A stretch of DNA of 64,000 bases from positions 1 to 64,000 of IMG/VR virus record IMGVR_UViG_3300020182_002648; one strand, written 5' to 3'. Under the pieces are notes generated by a model. The model was not told the origin of the DNA, did not search any database, and worked only from the letters and a program-made list of their open reading frames with translations. A program made the translations under genes and the position numbers. The stretch's first letter is position 1, and every line of letters begins with the position of its first letter. The DNA comes from a virus. Positions 20,250 through 30,930 of this stretch are shown here, one piece after another.

Positions 20250-21608
20250 ATGGCTAAGAACTTTACAGATTTTCAAGAAATGGTCGGATCCTTCATCCCA
20301 TCCGGAGCGACACACCTAACTGGACTCACAACAACCGATACGACTACAGGAATGCATCTTGTTGGATATGAAAATGTTGAACCTCACGGCGAACGGCGGT
20401 TTACAGTTGAGAGTGTGTTATTAGCTGCTAGTGCCTATCACGTTGGTTTAGAGAATGTAGAGAATATATCTACAGCCGACTTGCTCAATGACACTACACT
20501 AACTGGAAATACATCCGCAGATAACCTGATGATCCTCGGTAACTTAATTGTTGAGGGTGACACAGTACAGTTAAATACAGAAAGTTTTGCTACTAGCGCT
20601 TTTGAAGTAGAGAACAGTGGAACTACAATTGCCTTCTTAGTACGACAAACCGGTACTCAGCCAATAGCTAGATTTTTAGATGACCAAGACTTAGTGCTTG
20701 ATGTCGCAGATGGTGGTTGGGTTGGAATTGGTGTTGAAGGTCAACAAAATGTACCATTGACCATAGCTGGTAATGTTAGCGCTACTGGTGAGATTTATGT
20801 CGGTGGTGAGGTTGACGGAAGGCATGTATATGAAGACGGATTGAAACTTGATGATATACAGAACCATGCCGATGTTACATCATATATGTTAAGTTCAGTT
20901 AGTACTAGACTGACAGAGTTGTCTTTAGAGCCAGAGTATCAAGGTATAACAGTAGCGAAAGGCTTTGATCTATTAGAGGACGGTGACAACTTCAAGAAAG
21001 TACCAACTTTATCAAGCTCTGATATCACCTTCAGCAAGGAAAAGATTGTCAGTATAGAAGACAATGCAGACGTTACAGGAGACCACAGTCAAGACATAAC
21101 TTATAACTTAGTACCAGACGGTCCTTGGACCGGTGATATAGATACCACATTCGTAAAAATAACTAGTGCTGAGAAGATTAGACTAACAACAGTACGTGGT
21201 GTATCCGCCGGTGCAGGAGCTTTGTATAATGGTGATGGAGGTCAAGCGGATATAGGACCTAATGATATAGTACAATCTTATCATCAGGAATATCCTGATT
21301 TTTGGAGTACAGCAAACGAGATTGAGTACAGAACAACAGTTGTTCCTCAAGCAAGCGCAGCTGTTAAGAATATCGGAGGTACTGATGAAGGATTAGCAGA
21401 CGGACATGCAAATTTAAGCCATGTAACTGTTACAGACTCTTTAACGGCAGAAGACTTTACCGCCACCGGTGATGTCAAACTAGGATCAACAGTGAGTGTT
21501 GTGAGTGGAGGAGAATGGGTACAAGGACTGACCCAGGATTTTGATATTGGTGGTACGGTTTTAAGATTTATAGACGGGATATTAGTTGATAGTTGGGACA
21601 ATACATGA
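20250..21608 (+). CDS. Fibre-associated virion protein
   Basis: Fibre-type 'GNLIVEGDTVQLNT' and 'GEVDGRHVYEDGLKLD'; C-terminus 'GLTQDFDIGGTVLRFIDGILV' parallels the end of the 1367-aa fibre; AATAAATA at 20233-20240. Confidence 0.7.
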   Translation: MAKNFTDFQEMVGSFIPSGATHLTGLTTTDTTTGMHLVGYENVEPHGERRFTVESVLLAASAYHVGLENVENISTADLLNDTTLTGNTSADNLMILGNLIVEGDTVQLNTESFATSAFEVENSGTTIAFLVRQTGTQPIARFLDDQDLVLDVADGGWVGIGVEGQQNVPLTIAGNVSATGEIYVGGEVDGRHVYEDGLKLDDIQNHADVTSYMLSSVSTRLTELSLEPEYQGITVAKGFDLLEDGDNFKKVPTLSSSDITFSKEKIVSIEDNADVTGDHSQDITYNLVPDGPWTGDIDTTFVKITSAEKIRLTTVRGVSAGAGALYNGDGGQADIGPNDIVQSYHQEYPDFWSTANEIEYRTTVVPQASAAVKNIGGTDEGLADGHANLSHVTVTDSLTAEDFTATGDVKLGSTVSVVSGGEWVQGLTQDFDIGGTVLRFIDGILVDSWDNT

Positions 21609-21654
21609 CCCAACTAAGTAGCTAGTATTGCCGTTATGTGGAAAGTGAAGCATA

Positions 21655-23826
21655 ATGAGCGATAGAGAACCAGTATTAAAAAATTGTTTTAAAATAAAGC
21701 AAGGCCTGTGTGTAACGGGTGATGCAGCTGTATATGGTGCCGCATGGATTAGTTCGGACTTATCACTAGGCGCTAACCTGTACTTTGAGGATCCGAATGC
21801 TTTGCTGGAGGTACCTAGTGTAAATACAGTCGACTTATCAGCCTCTAAGATATATAGTAGTCGCGAAGAGTTAATTTCTGTACCCTTCGCACCAGACTAT
21901 TTATACACACATCCAATTTCTGTAATTGATCGAATTGTTTTTGAGCGTGCAGTATTCATGGATAATGATATGTATGTTAGTGGTGAGTCAGTCTTCGCTA
22001 ACACTATTGATGCATTATCTGGAGTGACATTACATAGTGAATTGAGCGTTGGGGGATCTTCGACGTTTACTAGCTCTGCTAGGTTTATCGATGATGTGTT
22101 AATGGAGAGTGATTTAGATGTAAGCGGTCATCTCTCTATCGCTGGCGGAATGACATTAAGTGGAGGATTGACAGTATTTGGTCCTATATCAGCAGTAAAT
22201 GATTTATATGTAGATGGTAATGTGTGGTTTAAGGGTGATAATAACACAACTCTGTATATAGGCTCCGACGACTTAGATAATGTTGTGTTCGTCTCAGATG
22301 TAAGTAGTAACATACTCCCTGATAGTAACGATACATACGATCTAGGAAAGCCAGAGAGTGAGTGGCGATCACTCTATGTAGATGACATTAACGCAACTGG
22401 AGTGATCAATGCTATAGGCTGGTCACCAAAAGATGCTAATGCAGTGTCTTGGATAGACGCTAGTGATTTAAGCACTGTAGAGTATACAGTTAATACCTCC
22501 TGTATCTCTAGTGTAACAGACAGGATCGATCCTAATAGAAAATTGACTAACACCACAACATCCAGCCAACCAATGTCAAGTGTTATTAGTAATCGACACG
22601 CTATGGCGTTTGATGGTATTGATGATAACATGTATTATACTGATAGTCCGCTAGGATCAGTTGCGGTTAGTTCTAGCTTTGTAAATATTTTCATATTATA
22701 CAGAATAGAAGACACATCAATCAACGGTGTGTTGTTTCAGAACAGCCAAAGACAAGGAGGAACAGCATTCCAGGCTCATGCCCCATGGGGAAGCGGAACA
22801 TGTCTTTTTGACGCCGGTGGATCTTCCGGACATAACAGAGTAAAAAAGACAGATTGGGCAGAGAATGGTGAGGTCATGCTTGCTGGGTTTAGATCTGCCC
22901 GGGGTGGTCAAGCCAATCTACAGGAGATATGGAAGAATGGTGAATTGGTCGCCGGTGATAATTCCGGAGTGGATATTGCGTCAGGTGAATTTTTTAGTAT
23001 AGGCGGAGTAGAGGGACCTCTAACAGATCAGTTTGCAACAATAGGTGAGGTTATAATAACAACTGATGAACTAACTGATGATATCAGATTAAAAATTGAA
23101 GGATACTTGGCACATAAATGGAATTGTGAGAGCCTGTTACCCGCTGATCATCCATACAAGGATAGATTTGTAATTGATGGAAATATTGAAGCCGCAGCTG
23201 TTGATGTCGATGGTAATATATCCGCTCGAGGTGACCTGACTACCGAAGGTACAATAATATACTCTGATGGTGTAGGCACAGATGTAGAGACATGGTCAAA
23301 AGATGATGTGATAGCAACCAGGAGTATACAAACAGCTGTAGAGAGTAATAGTGCTGTGTGGTTACAGGCAGCCGGTGTAAGCAATCAGCTACACACACTC
23401 ACTAGAGGAGCGTTAGTATTATCAACTCCTGATAATGAACGAGAGTTTATAGCGATTGCAAGTGACAATCCAGCTGGTGATGCTATATGGAATGATGTGT
23501 CGTATGCTCACGCCATGGTGTTACCGTACAACACTAATGTTAAGCAAATAATACTCAGATCAACTGCGAGTCAAAACGCGGATATAATAGTAGGTATTCA
23601 TACGAATAGTGGTATACAAAATACATCTACCCTAGAATATAAATATTTTGCCGAGCAGCCAATGGAAGAAGTATCCAATACATACACTTACAACAATCAA
23701 CCTAAAATATATACATTTAATAACACAACATCTGCTCTTGCAGGTGAAACTCTAGGAGTTAGTATATCCGCATCAAAACCAATCGGGACAACTAATATAT
23801 CAATAGTGCTCGCGTACAATTCATAA
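21655..23826 (+). CDS. Fibre protein with LamG/concanavalin-A-like lectin domain
   Basis: Shared 'DLYVDGN...IGSDD.DNVVF.SDV.SNILPD....YDLG....W' module, then 'WIDASD...FDGIDD...IGEVII....DIRLKIEGYLAHKW....LPADHPYK'. Confidence 0.75.
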   Translation: MSDREPVLKNCFKIKQGLCVTGDAAVYGAAWISSDLSLGANLYFEDPNALLEVPSVNTVDLSASKIYSSREELISVPFAPDYLYTHPISVIDRIVFERAVFMDNDMYVSGESVFANTIDALSGVTLHSELSVGGSSTFTSSARFIDDVLMESDLDVSGHLSIAGGMTLSGGLTVFGPISAVNDLYVDGNVWFKGDNNTTLYIGSDDLDNVVFVSDVSSNILPDSNDTYDLGKPESEWRSLYVDDINATGVINAIGWSPKDANAVSWIDASDLSTVEYTVNTSCISSVTDRIDPNRKLTNTTTSSQPMSSVISNRHAMAFDGIDDNMYYTDSPLGSVAVSSSFVNIFILYRIEDTSINGVLFQNSQRQGGTAFQAHAPWGSGTCLFDAGGSSGHNRVKKTDWAENGEVMLAGFRSARGGQANLQEIWKNGELVAGDNSGVDIASGEFFSIGGVEGPLTDQFATIGEVIITTDELTDDIRLKIEGYLAHKWNCESLLPADHPYKDRFVIDGNIEAAAVDVDGNISARGDLTTEGTIIYSDGVGTDVETWSKDDVIATRSIQTAVESNSAVWLQAAGVSNQLHTLTRGALVLSTPDNEREFIAIASDNPAGDAIWNDVSYAHAMVLPYNTNVKQIILRSTASQNADIIVGIHTNSGIQNTSTLEYKYFAEQPMEEVSNTYTYNNQPKIYTFNNTTSALAGETLGVSISASKPIGTTNISIVLAYNS

Positions 23827-23891
23827 AAAAATTGAAACACTAGTGGATTCTATAGGGATTGAATAAGTATATTTAACAATCTCTTAAGAAA

Positions 23892-24419
23892 ATGGCTAGA
23901 ACTAAAATAGAATTATACAATCTGGATAAATATAGTCCGTATATACCAGCTCCTGTAATAGACAGAGTGGAGGGTGATGCAGATGAAATTATACTAAGCG
24001 CAGATGGATACGAGGATTCCGCAAGCAGTGGACTCCCCGGGTCTTTGACTATAAACGCATCAGGGGGTGTATGGACTGATACAAATTACATGGTTACATG
24101 CGAAACGTCTCATAAATATACTACTACTACTGAGTTAACACAAGAGACATTTCTCTCGTTTGATAAACAGGACTTTCGTAGTGCGATTATTGATATAACT
24201 ATCCAGAAAGGTAACAACTTTACAACTAAGAGACTGACAGTCATACATAACAATAGCCTTGTGACAGTTCACGAGGGAACAAGTGTGAGTGTACCAGAGA
24301 TCACGATATGGAATGAACAGATTTCCGGTAATATCAATGGTAACAATATAAACCTACATGTGTCAGGTTTAACAAGTAACAGTATAATTAGTTGTATATG
24401 TAAATATACGCTAGTCTAA
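23892..24419 (+). CDS. Putative virion structural protein
   Basis: Beta-rich C-terminus 'SFDKQDFRSAIIDITI...LTVIHNNS' resembles fibre-tip domains of T4-like phages; AATAAGTA at 23862-23869. Confidence 0.55.
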   Translation: MARTKIELYNLDKYSPYIPAPVIDRVEGDADEIILSADGYEDSASSGLPGSLTINASGGVWTDTNYMVTCETSHKYTTTTELTQETFLSFDKQDFRSAIIDITIQKGNNFTTKRLTVIHNNSLVTVHEGTSVSVPEITIWNEQISGNINGNNINLHVSGLTSNSIISCICKYTLV

Positions 24420-24442
24420 AAAACACAGTTACAAATTAGTCT

Positions 24443-25120
24443 ATGACTAAGAGGCTCATATTTAAGCAAACCGGAGTTATCACTAGAGTAACTATCCGTG
24501 CAGCTATAGAGCCAGAAAAGCACCCACCAAAAGGTAACGGTATTGATGGTGGTTATCCTAGAGTTTTAGACCTTGATATATGTACTGGATCAGATCACAT
24601 AACATACAATAAAATTAACAACTGGTCTGTAACACAAGGAACTTTTGATCCATTTTCTCTGTTCGATGCTACTCTTAAGAGATTGGAGGCAGTGACCACA
24701 GAGGTAACCCAAGCCGGTGTGAGCTTTACATTAGACACATATAGTGTAAAGCTCGCCGGCAAGGGTTCAATTTCATTTACTGGCGGGAGCGAGGAGAACG
24801 GGTATAGTTGGTCAACAGGCAATTCAACAAATACTGAGATTATCGATAACGATGAAGTGACAGTAACTTTCACAGGTACTCCTCCAACTGGAATTTCTAT
24901 CCAAATGCAGAATAATGTAGACGAGGTGCAATCAATAAGTATAACGCTTGAATCAACTGATGAGGAGGTGTTAGTCAATGGTGATTTTACAGATATTGAA
25001 GTACAGTTTTATGATATAGAGAGCTGGTACGGAGATGCTTATTCCGGAGTTATTCCTAGAGATACCCTAGGCTGGCTGCAGGGCTTCAATGACAGCATAA
25101 TTTACACCATTTTTGAATAA
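24443..25120 (+). CDS. Hypothetical protein, probably virion-associated
   Basis: 225-aa acidic, Thr/Gly-rich ORF in the structural block. Confidence 0.6.
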   Translation: MTKRLIFKQTGVITRVTIRAAIEPEKHPPKGNGIDGGYPRVLDLDICTGSDHITYNKINNWSVTQGTFDPFSLFDATLKRLEAVTTEVTQAGVSFTLDTYSVKLAGKGSISFTGGSEENGYSWSTGNSTNTEIIDNDEVTVTFTGTPPTGISIQMQNNVDEVQSISITLESTDEEVLVNGDFTDIEVQFYDIESWYGDAYSGVIPRDTLGWLQGFNDSIIYTIFE

Positions 25121-25130
25121 ATAAAATTAT

Positions 25131-26039
25131 ATGAAGTTAAAATGTTTAGTAACTGGAGGAGCGGGATTTATTGGAAGTCACTGCGTGGATAGACTTAAAG
25201 AACTCGGCCATGACGTTGTCGTAGTTGATAACGAATGTGCACCTGAGAATGACAATTTCTATTGGAGAGATGATACTGATAACCATAAAGTCAATATCAT
25301 GGATTATGATGCATTGGCTCCCTTGTTCAAAGGAGTTGATTACGTGTTTCATTTCGCCGCTGAGAGTAGAATACAACCAAGTATCATAGATCCTAGATAT
25401 GCCATCAATGTTAATGTCGTTGGCACCACGAATGTACTTCAAGCTTCAAGGGAGGCTAACGTCAAAAGGGTTATGTATTCAGGTACAAGTGCTAGTTACG
25501 GTCTAGCTAACACACCACCTTTAACAGAGGATATGCCAACTGATTGTTTGAATCCATACTCAGTCGGTAAAGTAGGTGGTGAAGAGGTGTGTAAGATGTA
25601 CACTCGCTTGTTTGGAGTTGAAACCACACGATTCAGATACTTCAATGTTTACGGAGATCGTAGTCCTACAAAAGGTCAATATGCTCCCGTGATTGGATTG
25701 TTTTTTCAACAAAAGATTGCCAAGAAACCTATGACAGTTGTTGGAGATGGTGAGAGAAGAAGAGATTACACGCATGTGTCAGATATTGTTGAGGCGAACA
25801 TACTAGCAGCAACATGCAAGAACATGCGCGCGGTAGGTGGATTGTTCAATTTAGGAAATGGTGTAAATTATAGTGTGTTAGATTTAGTCAAGATGATAGG
25901 CGGTCCTTACGAGCATATCAAAGACAGATTAGGTGAAGCGGATGCAACGTTAGCCGACAACACTAGAGCTAAAGAAATATTAGGTTGGGACCCCAAGATC
26001 GATCTACCGGAATGGATATACAATAACAAACCTGGGTGA
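25131..26039 (+). CDS. NAD-dependent nucleotide-sugar epimerase/dehydratase (extended SDR)
   Basis: TGGAGFIGSH, VFHFAA, catalytic YSVGK, RYFNVYG, GDG...RDYTHVSD. Confidence 0.95.
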   Translation: MKLKCLVTGGAGFIGSHCVDRLKELGHDVVVVDNECAPENDNFYWRDDTDNHKVNIMDYDALAPLFKGVDYVFHFAAESRIQPSIIDPRYAINVNVVGTTNVLQASREANVKRVMYSGTSASYGLANTPPLTEDMPTDCLNPYSVGKVGGEEVCKMYTRLFGVETTRFRYFNVYGDRSPTKGQYAPVIGLFFQQKIAKKPMTVVGDGERRRDYTHVSDIVEANILAATCKNMRAVGGLFNLGNGVNYSVLDLVKMIGGPYEHIKDRLGEADATLADNTRAKEILGWDPKIDLPEWIYNNKPG

Positions 26040-26377
26040 GTGTAACCACAGGCAAGCTGTTCGATCAAGCTCATCCAGATCTATATAAGAAATGGGTGAT
26101 AGGTGGCTTCGTTCAGGATCATAAATTCAATAGTGATCACTTTGAGTTTAAGTTTCAAGAGGATAAAAAAGGAATGTTAAGAGAGCCAAAGACAGTGATC
26201 AATCCTGATACAAATACTCTCGCTATATTGATTCATGGAGAGTTACGTTTAAACTTTGGCGAAGATGACATAATCTTACGTGATAGGGGTGATTATGTAT
26301 GGTGGTCACCTGATGAACCTCACCTGTTCGAATACATTGAGGATAGTCTCGTAATAACTTTGAGATGGTATAAATAA
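26036..26377 (+). CDS. Cupin-fold protein
   Basis: 'LAILIHGELRLNF....ILRDRGDYVWWSPDEPH' cupin pattern. Confidence 0.65.
   Translation: MSVTTGKLFDQAHPDLYKKWVIGGFVQDHKFNSDHFEFKFQEDKKGMLREPKTVINPDTNTLAILIHGELRLNFGEDDIILRDRGDYVWWSPDEPHLFEYIEDSLVITLRWYK
26369..26376 (+). promoter_or_regulatory. T4-type late promoter within the glycan island
   Basis: Exact TATAAATA, 7 nt before ATG 26384. Confidence 0.7.
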
Positions 26378-26383
26378 TTATAT

Positions 26384-27094
26384 ATGAGTAATAGTACGTA
26401 TATTATGTTTGGTGATAGTCATTCACGTGCTTTCATGAGAACATTTAAAACGAACTGGTTCCGAGCTAGCTCCGCCCGGGGGTTATGTAATAAAGAATCT
26501 AGAACTAAAATCGGACCAAAGATTCACGACATGTTAAGTTCTATCAATGATGATACAAATGTTATTTTTTATTTCGGTAAGGTTGATTTAGATTTTATTA
26601 TAAACTATAAATACAACTCACAGGACTCAAGTCTAGCTGAACTGAGTGAACACATAACAGAAACTGCTGATATGTATATTAACTACATAAAGAGTACTGG
26701 TATGAGAAATATTTTAGTATTTGAACCACCAGTTGTACATTTAAGTGAAGCAGACATGCTAACAACATTACGAATTGACGGTCATAGAAGTAATGCATCT
26801 AGCCATTTAACTGATAAAGATAAAGTAGAGTTACACCGTGTGGATATACATGAGAAAATGATCCCTCGAGAAGATCACATAACGTTATATGATTTGTTTA
26901 ATACTCGACTGAAATCATTATGCTCATCGAACGGCTTCACGTTTGTTGAGATAAATAAATATTTTAAACAACCATCCGGAGAGTATATTGTACCATCTAG
27001 ATATATTAAAGATACAACCGATCATCACCTACATGACAATTGTACTGAATTATTTTTAAAGTCTATGGAGACACTTGGATATATAATTGAGTGA
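26384..27094 (+). CDS. SGNH/GDSL-like hydrolase or O-acyltransferase
   Basis: 'FGDSH', 'FYFGKVD', 'FNTRLKSLC' and a C-terminal D-x-H ('DHHL'). Confidence 0.7.
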   Translation: MSNSTYIMFGDSHSRAFMRTFKTNWFRASSARGLCNKESRTKIGPKIHDMLSSINDDTNVIFYFGKVDLDFIINYKYNSQDSSLAELSEHITETADMYINYIKSTGMRNILVFEPPVVHLSEADMLTTLRIDGHRSNASSHLTDKDKVELHRVDIHEKMIPREDHITLYDLFNTRLKSLCSSNGFTFVEINKYFKQPSGEYIVPSRYIKDTTDHHLHDNCTELFLKSMETLGYIIE

Positions 27095-27810
27095 GGTTAC
27101 AATCATTTATATTCAACTGGCCCGGGCAGTCTGAAAACGTCAATAAAATATATAATGATATTGACGGTAGTGTTGTTATAAATAGTGGTGATACTGATAT
27201 TGTTGACCGCTGTCATAACATAGGAGATCATTCATACTTCAGTGCTCAGTTCAAGAAGATGTTATCACTACATGACGGAACTAGCACAATACTACACATA
27301 CAAGGTGACGCTAGATATTATGATTGGTCTAAACTGATAAAAGACGCTGGTCATTACATGTCAAGATATTCCGCTGGTATATATTACCCTGTTGTAAAAA
27401 ATACATCATGGACTGCCGATAAAATGGCTGTGACAAAATCATCATCTCGTGATGACAATATAAGTTATGTTGCAGATGGTGATGAAACTGTATGGTTTAT
27501 ACATCCAGATGTAATCAATTATTTTAATGATCATAATTTAATAGACATATTACATGATAATAAGTATGGATTTGGATGGGACTTAATACTCTGCTCTATA
27601 TGTCATCTAAAACAAATTCCAGTCATTAGAGATAGCAATCACATAATAGAACACCCTCGAAGCAAAGGATATGACTTTCATGAAGCATGGATAGAATTCA
27701 AGGATGTGATGAACCAACTCCCGGGAGATCTGAAGATAATTGCAGAAATGGTACATAACAACCACAAGATAGATGATCTTAAGAATCATGTTGATAAGTA
27801 TTGTATATGA
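27091..27810 (+). CDS. Putative GT-A glycosyltransferase-like protein
   Basis: 'ILHIQGDA', 'DETVWFI', 'YGFGWD', 'IEHPRSKGY'; glycan-island context. Confidence 0.5.
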   Translation: MRLQSFIFNWPGQSENVNKIYNDIDGSVVINSGDTDIVDRCHNIGDHSYFSAQFKKMLSLHDGTSTILHIQGDARYYDWSKLIKDAGHYMSRYSAGIYYPVVKNTSWTADKMAVTKSSSRDDNISYVADGDETVWFIHPDVINYFNDHNLIDILHDNKYGFGWDLILCSICHLKQIPVIRDSNHIIEHPRSKGYDFHEAWIEFKDVMNQLPGDLKIIAEMVHNNHKIDDLKNHVDKYCI

Positions 27811-28433
27811 ATGTTTCCGTAGTGTGTGCTGTTATGAATCGACCTTACAGGGTGATACCTTGTCTCCGTTCGTGGGTTGATTTGAAAATCGCTAATGATG
27901 TTGTTGTGGTAGACTGGTCATCCGATAAGCAGATCAATGATATAATAGCAGAAGAAGAATTCAATCACAGCAAATTAACTGTAGTCCGAGTAGACAATCA
28001 AGAAAAATTTAACTTCGGTAGAGCGTACAATATAGCAATTGATAGATGTGAGAGTGACATTGTCGTGAAGGTTGATATAGATTATATTTTAACAAATCAA
28101 GTCAAACTAACAGAAGTCGTGGATGGTATCAATTTTGATAAACAATTTCTACACGGAGGTGGTACCGGTGCTCATTACCTGGGCTTCAGTTGTTTTGACA
28201 AGACACATGGTGAGAGGTACAATGAAAATTTTAATGGATATGGATATGAAGATGGTGACCTGTACAAAAGATTTCAGAACATAGGTTTAGAAAAAATGAT
28301 TATACCTGATATACGTGAGATATTTTATCATATACCTCATGACAACAGACTCAGAGTGCAAAATTTTGATGTTAAGGATATAGCGGAATCAACAAAAAAT
28401 AATATGCAAATTGCAGACACCAATGATGAGTGA
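27807..28433 (+). CDS. Glycosyltransferase (GT2 with GT7 C-terminal motif)
   Basis: 'VVVVDWSSD', 'FNFGRAYN', 'KVDID', 'YNENFNGYGYEDGDLYKR'. Confidence 0.85.
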   Translation: MNVSVVCAVMNRPYRVIPCLRSWVDLKIANDVVVVDWSSDKQINDIIAEEEFNHSKLTVVRVDNQEKFNFGRAYNIAIDRCESDIVVKVDIDYILTNQVKLTEVVDGINFDKQFLHGGGTGAHYLGFSCFDKTHGERYNENFNGYGYEDGDLYKRFQNIGLEKMIIPDIREIFYHIPHDNRLRVQNFDVKDIAESTKNNMQIADTNDE

Positions 28434-30243
28434 TATAGAGTCAGAGGTAAAGTGGCGTATGGGTCGGTTGTATAGTGAGAGATTAGAGCTAAGAGACTTA
28501 ATTGATGACAAGCAGGATTTAGAAGCAATGAAAGTGAAGCTATTGTATGAGTTAGATAATATTAGAAACAATAAAGAATTATTAAATGAGAAAAAGAGAT
28601 TATCTGATGAGTTGGAGGAATGTAAGAACAACGAGACATTATTAAAGAGGAAGGATAAATTAACCGATCTTACAAATAATAGAAATAAACTTATACAAGA
28701 ACTTGATAAGCATATAACTAACAAAGTGTTATTAAAGAGAAAGATCGAACTGACCGAATTGAAAAATAATAGAGACCAGCTCATACAAGAACTCAACAAA
28801 CATAAAAATAATAGTACAATATTAAAGAAAAAGAATGAATTGATCAAATCAAGTGAAGAGAGAAATAATCTCATACAAGAACTCAACAAACATAAGAACA
28901 ACGAGACATTATTAAAGAGGAAGGATAAATTAACTACCTCACTAGATGTAATGAAATATAATAAAGCATTACACACTATTGAAGCTAGTAACATAACTTT
29001 AGAACTAAAATCAATACAAGAACAATTATATCCACTAACATTAACAACGAAAATATCTGACCTTGATTACGTTCAAGCTGAACTAAAATCAATACAAGAA
29101 CAACTAACACCATCATCATTAACAACGAAAATATCTGACCTTGATTACGTTCAAACTGAACTAAAATCAATACAAGAACAACTAACACCATCATCATTAA
29201 CAACGAAAATAGCTGACCTTGATTACGTTCAAACTGAACTAAAATCAATACAAGAACAACTAACACCGGCAGAGACTCTGAATAAGCTAACAACTATACA
29301 ACAGGAGATAGATAAAACCAATCATATAAGCGCTGAACTGAAGAGTATCCAAAACCGGTTAGACATGGCTCAAGGAACATATCGACACGTGACCATTCCT
29401 GGGGAATATGCTTTAGAACAACAGAAGACATGTCACGGTAGAGATAGCTACCCTAGAGAAGGCTTTTTATTTGACTTTATGATCAACAACAACATCGACA
29501 CTCAGTTGATAATCGGAGGAGAACGCTCATTTGGATTTAATGGTGTGTTGTTTTCTCAAGCACGAACAATTGGAGATGATCAAGTGATATTATATCCGGA
29601 TCATAACCTGTACCCAACACCAGCTGTTGATTTTCTGTTGAATAAAAATTTTAATCAAACTATTGAGTCTGTACCCTTTGAAGACAAACCTGATATAGCT
29701 GTATGGAGAGGTGGAGACACTGGTGGACAAGGCCCGGTACCAGGACAGGTTGAGTTGGGTCTGGATAAAGTTAAAATAAACAGACAGCATTTTGTTAATA
29801 AATTTAAGAATACAAAGTGTATAGACGCTGCTATAATTGATAGTGATATCGGCCCTAGTACGCCAGAGATCAAAGGAGATCCTAATTGGTTGATGCCACA
29901 TGAACAGGCTAATAACTACAAATATATAATATCACTTGAGGGTAATGATGCTGGTAGTAATCCTAGATGGGTGTTCTCAACACAATGTGTAGTGTTCATG
30001 TCTGACAAACTGACATCCGAACTCACATGGCATTATCATCTGAAACCATGGGTCAATTATATTCCATTCAAACATGATCTTAGTGACCTGGAGAATAAGA
30101 TAAAGTGGGCTAATGATAACATTGATGAATGTAAATCGATAGTCAAACGAGCTAATGAAATGCATGGACTGGTAACTGACGTGGAGCGTGAATATAAAAT
30201 ATTAACATTAATGTTCGATAGATACAAGACAAATATTAAATAA
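28423..30243 (+). CDS. GT90 (CAP10-like) glycosyltransferase with long N-terminal coiled-coil repeats
   Basis: C-terminal 'PFEDKPDIAVWRGGDTG', 'YKYIISLEGND', 'LKPWVNYIPFKHDLSDLENKIKWA' are GT90 signatures; N-terminal ~310 aa is Leu/Lys/Glu-rich repeats. Confidence 0.85.
   Translation: MMSDIESEVKWRMGRLYSERLELRDLIDDKQDLEAMKVKLLYELDNIRNNKELLNEKKRLSDELEECKNNETLLKRKDKLTDLTNNRNKLIQELDKHITNKVLLKRKIELTELKNNRDQLIQELNKHKNNSTILKKKNELIKSSEERNNLIQELNKHKNNETLLKRKDKLTTSLDVMKYNKALHTIEASNITLELKSIQEQLYPLTLTTKISDLDYVQAELKSIQEQLTPSSLTTKISDLDYVQTELKSIQEQLTPSSLTTKIADLDYVQTELKSIQEQLTPAETLNKLTTIQQEIDKTNHISAELKSIQNRLDMAQGTYRHVTIPGEYALEQQKTCHGRDSYPREGFLFDFMINNNIDTQLIIGGERSFGFNGVLFSQARTIGDDQVILYPDHNLYPTPAVDFLLNKNFNQTIESVPFEDKPDIAVWRGGDTGGQGPVPGQVELGLDKVKINRQHFVNKFKNTKCIDAAIIDSDIGPSTPEIKGDPNWLMPHEQANNYKYIISLEGNDAGSNPRWVFSTQCVVFMSDKLTSELTWHYHLKPWVNYIPFKHDLSDLENKIKWANDNIDECKSIVKRANEMHGLVTDVEREYKILTLMFDRYKTNIK
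28620..29270 (+). repeat. Coding repeats: ~31-aa units, then near-exact 78-bp (26-aa) units
   Basis: ELKSIQEQL starts at 29002, 29080, 29158 and 29236; NNETLLKRKDKLT recurs upstream. Confidence 0.9.
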
Positions 30244-30249
30244 TTATAC

Positions 30250-30930
30250 ATGAAATTTAGATTCGTTACCATCACCAATAAAGGATATTACCACTACACG
30301 CAGAACTGTATGGAAAGCTTAAAGGTATCTCCAAATGCTCCTCAGTTAGAATGTTATTTTACCGACAAACTCGGATATGATCAATATAAAGCCGATAATA
30401 ATGTTCACTACATTGGCGACAAGTCTAGTGAGAATGAATGTGAGCATATTGAATTCCGTAAAGGTAATTGGATAAGTCTAGTTGGTAAGAAGATTAACGT
30501 AATCTCAAAAATACTTAAAACTGGTGATTGTGTAATTATTACCGATGGTGATATAGTATACAAGCATCCACAATGGTTCGACTACATCAAGGGAAGAATG
30601 ACCAACCCGGAGGTAGAATTCATGTGTATGAATGATATGTTATCGGATGATGATCATAGCATGCTTTGCTCCGGATTTATGGTTTTGAAACCTACTGTAA
30701 ATAACATGAAATTTTTTAATGATAATATTGATATCAGTGATCTTCCCGGTGATCAAGTGTATGTCAATAATATCAAGAGTGATTTAAAATATGAAATGCT
30801 ACCGCTAGATAAGTTCCCTAACGGTCGGTTGCATCAAGCTGCGAGCGACCCACACACTCTTCATTACAATTTCATGATAGGTAAGACCAAGGAACAAAAA
30901 ATGAAGAAGTCCGGAAACTGGTTGATATAA
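30250..30930 (+). CDS. Nucleotide-diphospho-sugar transferase (GT77-like)
   Basis: 'ITDGDIVY', 'LCSGFM', 'DQVYVN', 'LPLDKFPNG', 'HYNFMIGKTK...MKKSGNW'. Confidence 0.85.
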   Translation: MKFRFVTITNKGYYHYTQNCMESLKVSPNAPQLECYFTDKLGYDQYKADNNVHYIGDKSSENECEHIEFRKGNWISLVGKKINVISKILKTGDCVIITDGDIVYKHPQWFDYIKGRMTNPEVEFMCMNDMLSDDDHSMLCSGFMVLKPTVNNMKFFNDNIDISDLPGDQVYVNNIKSDLKYEMLPLDKFPNGRLHQAASDPHTLHYNFMIGKTKEQKMKKSGNWLI

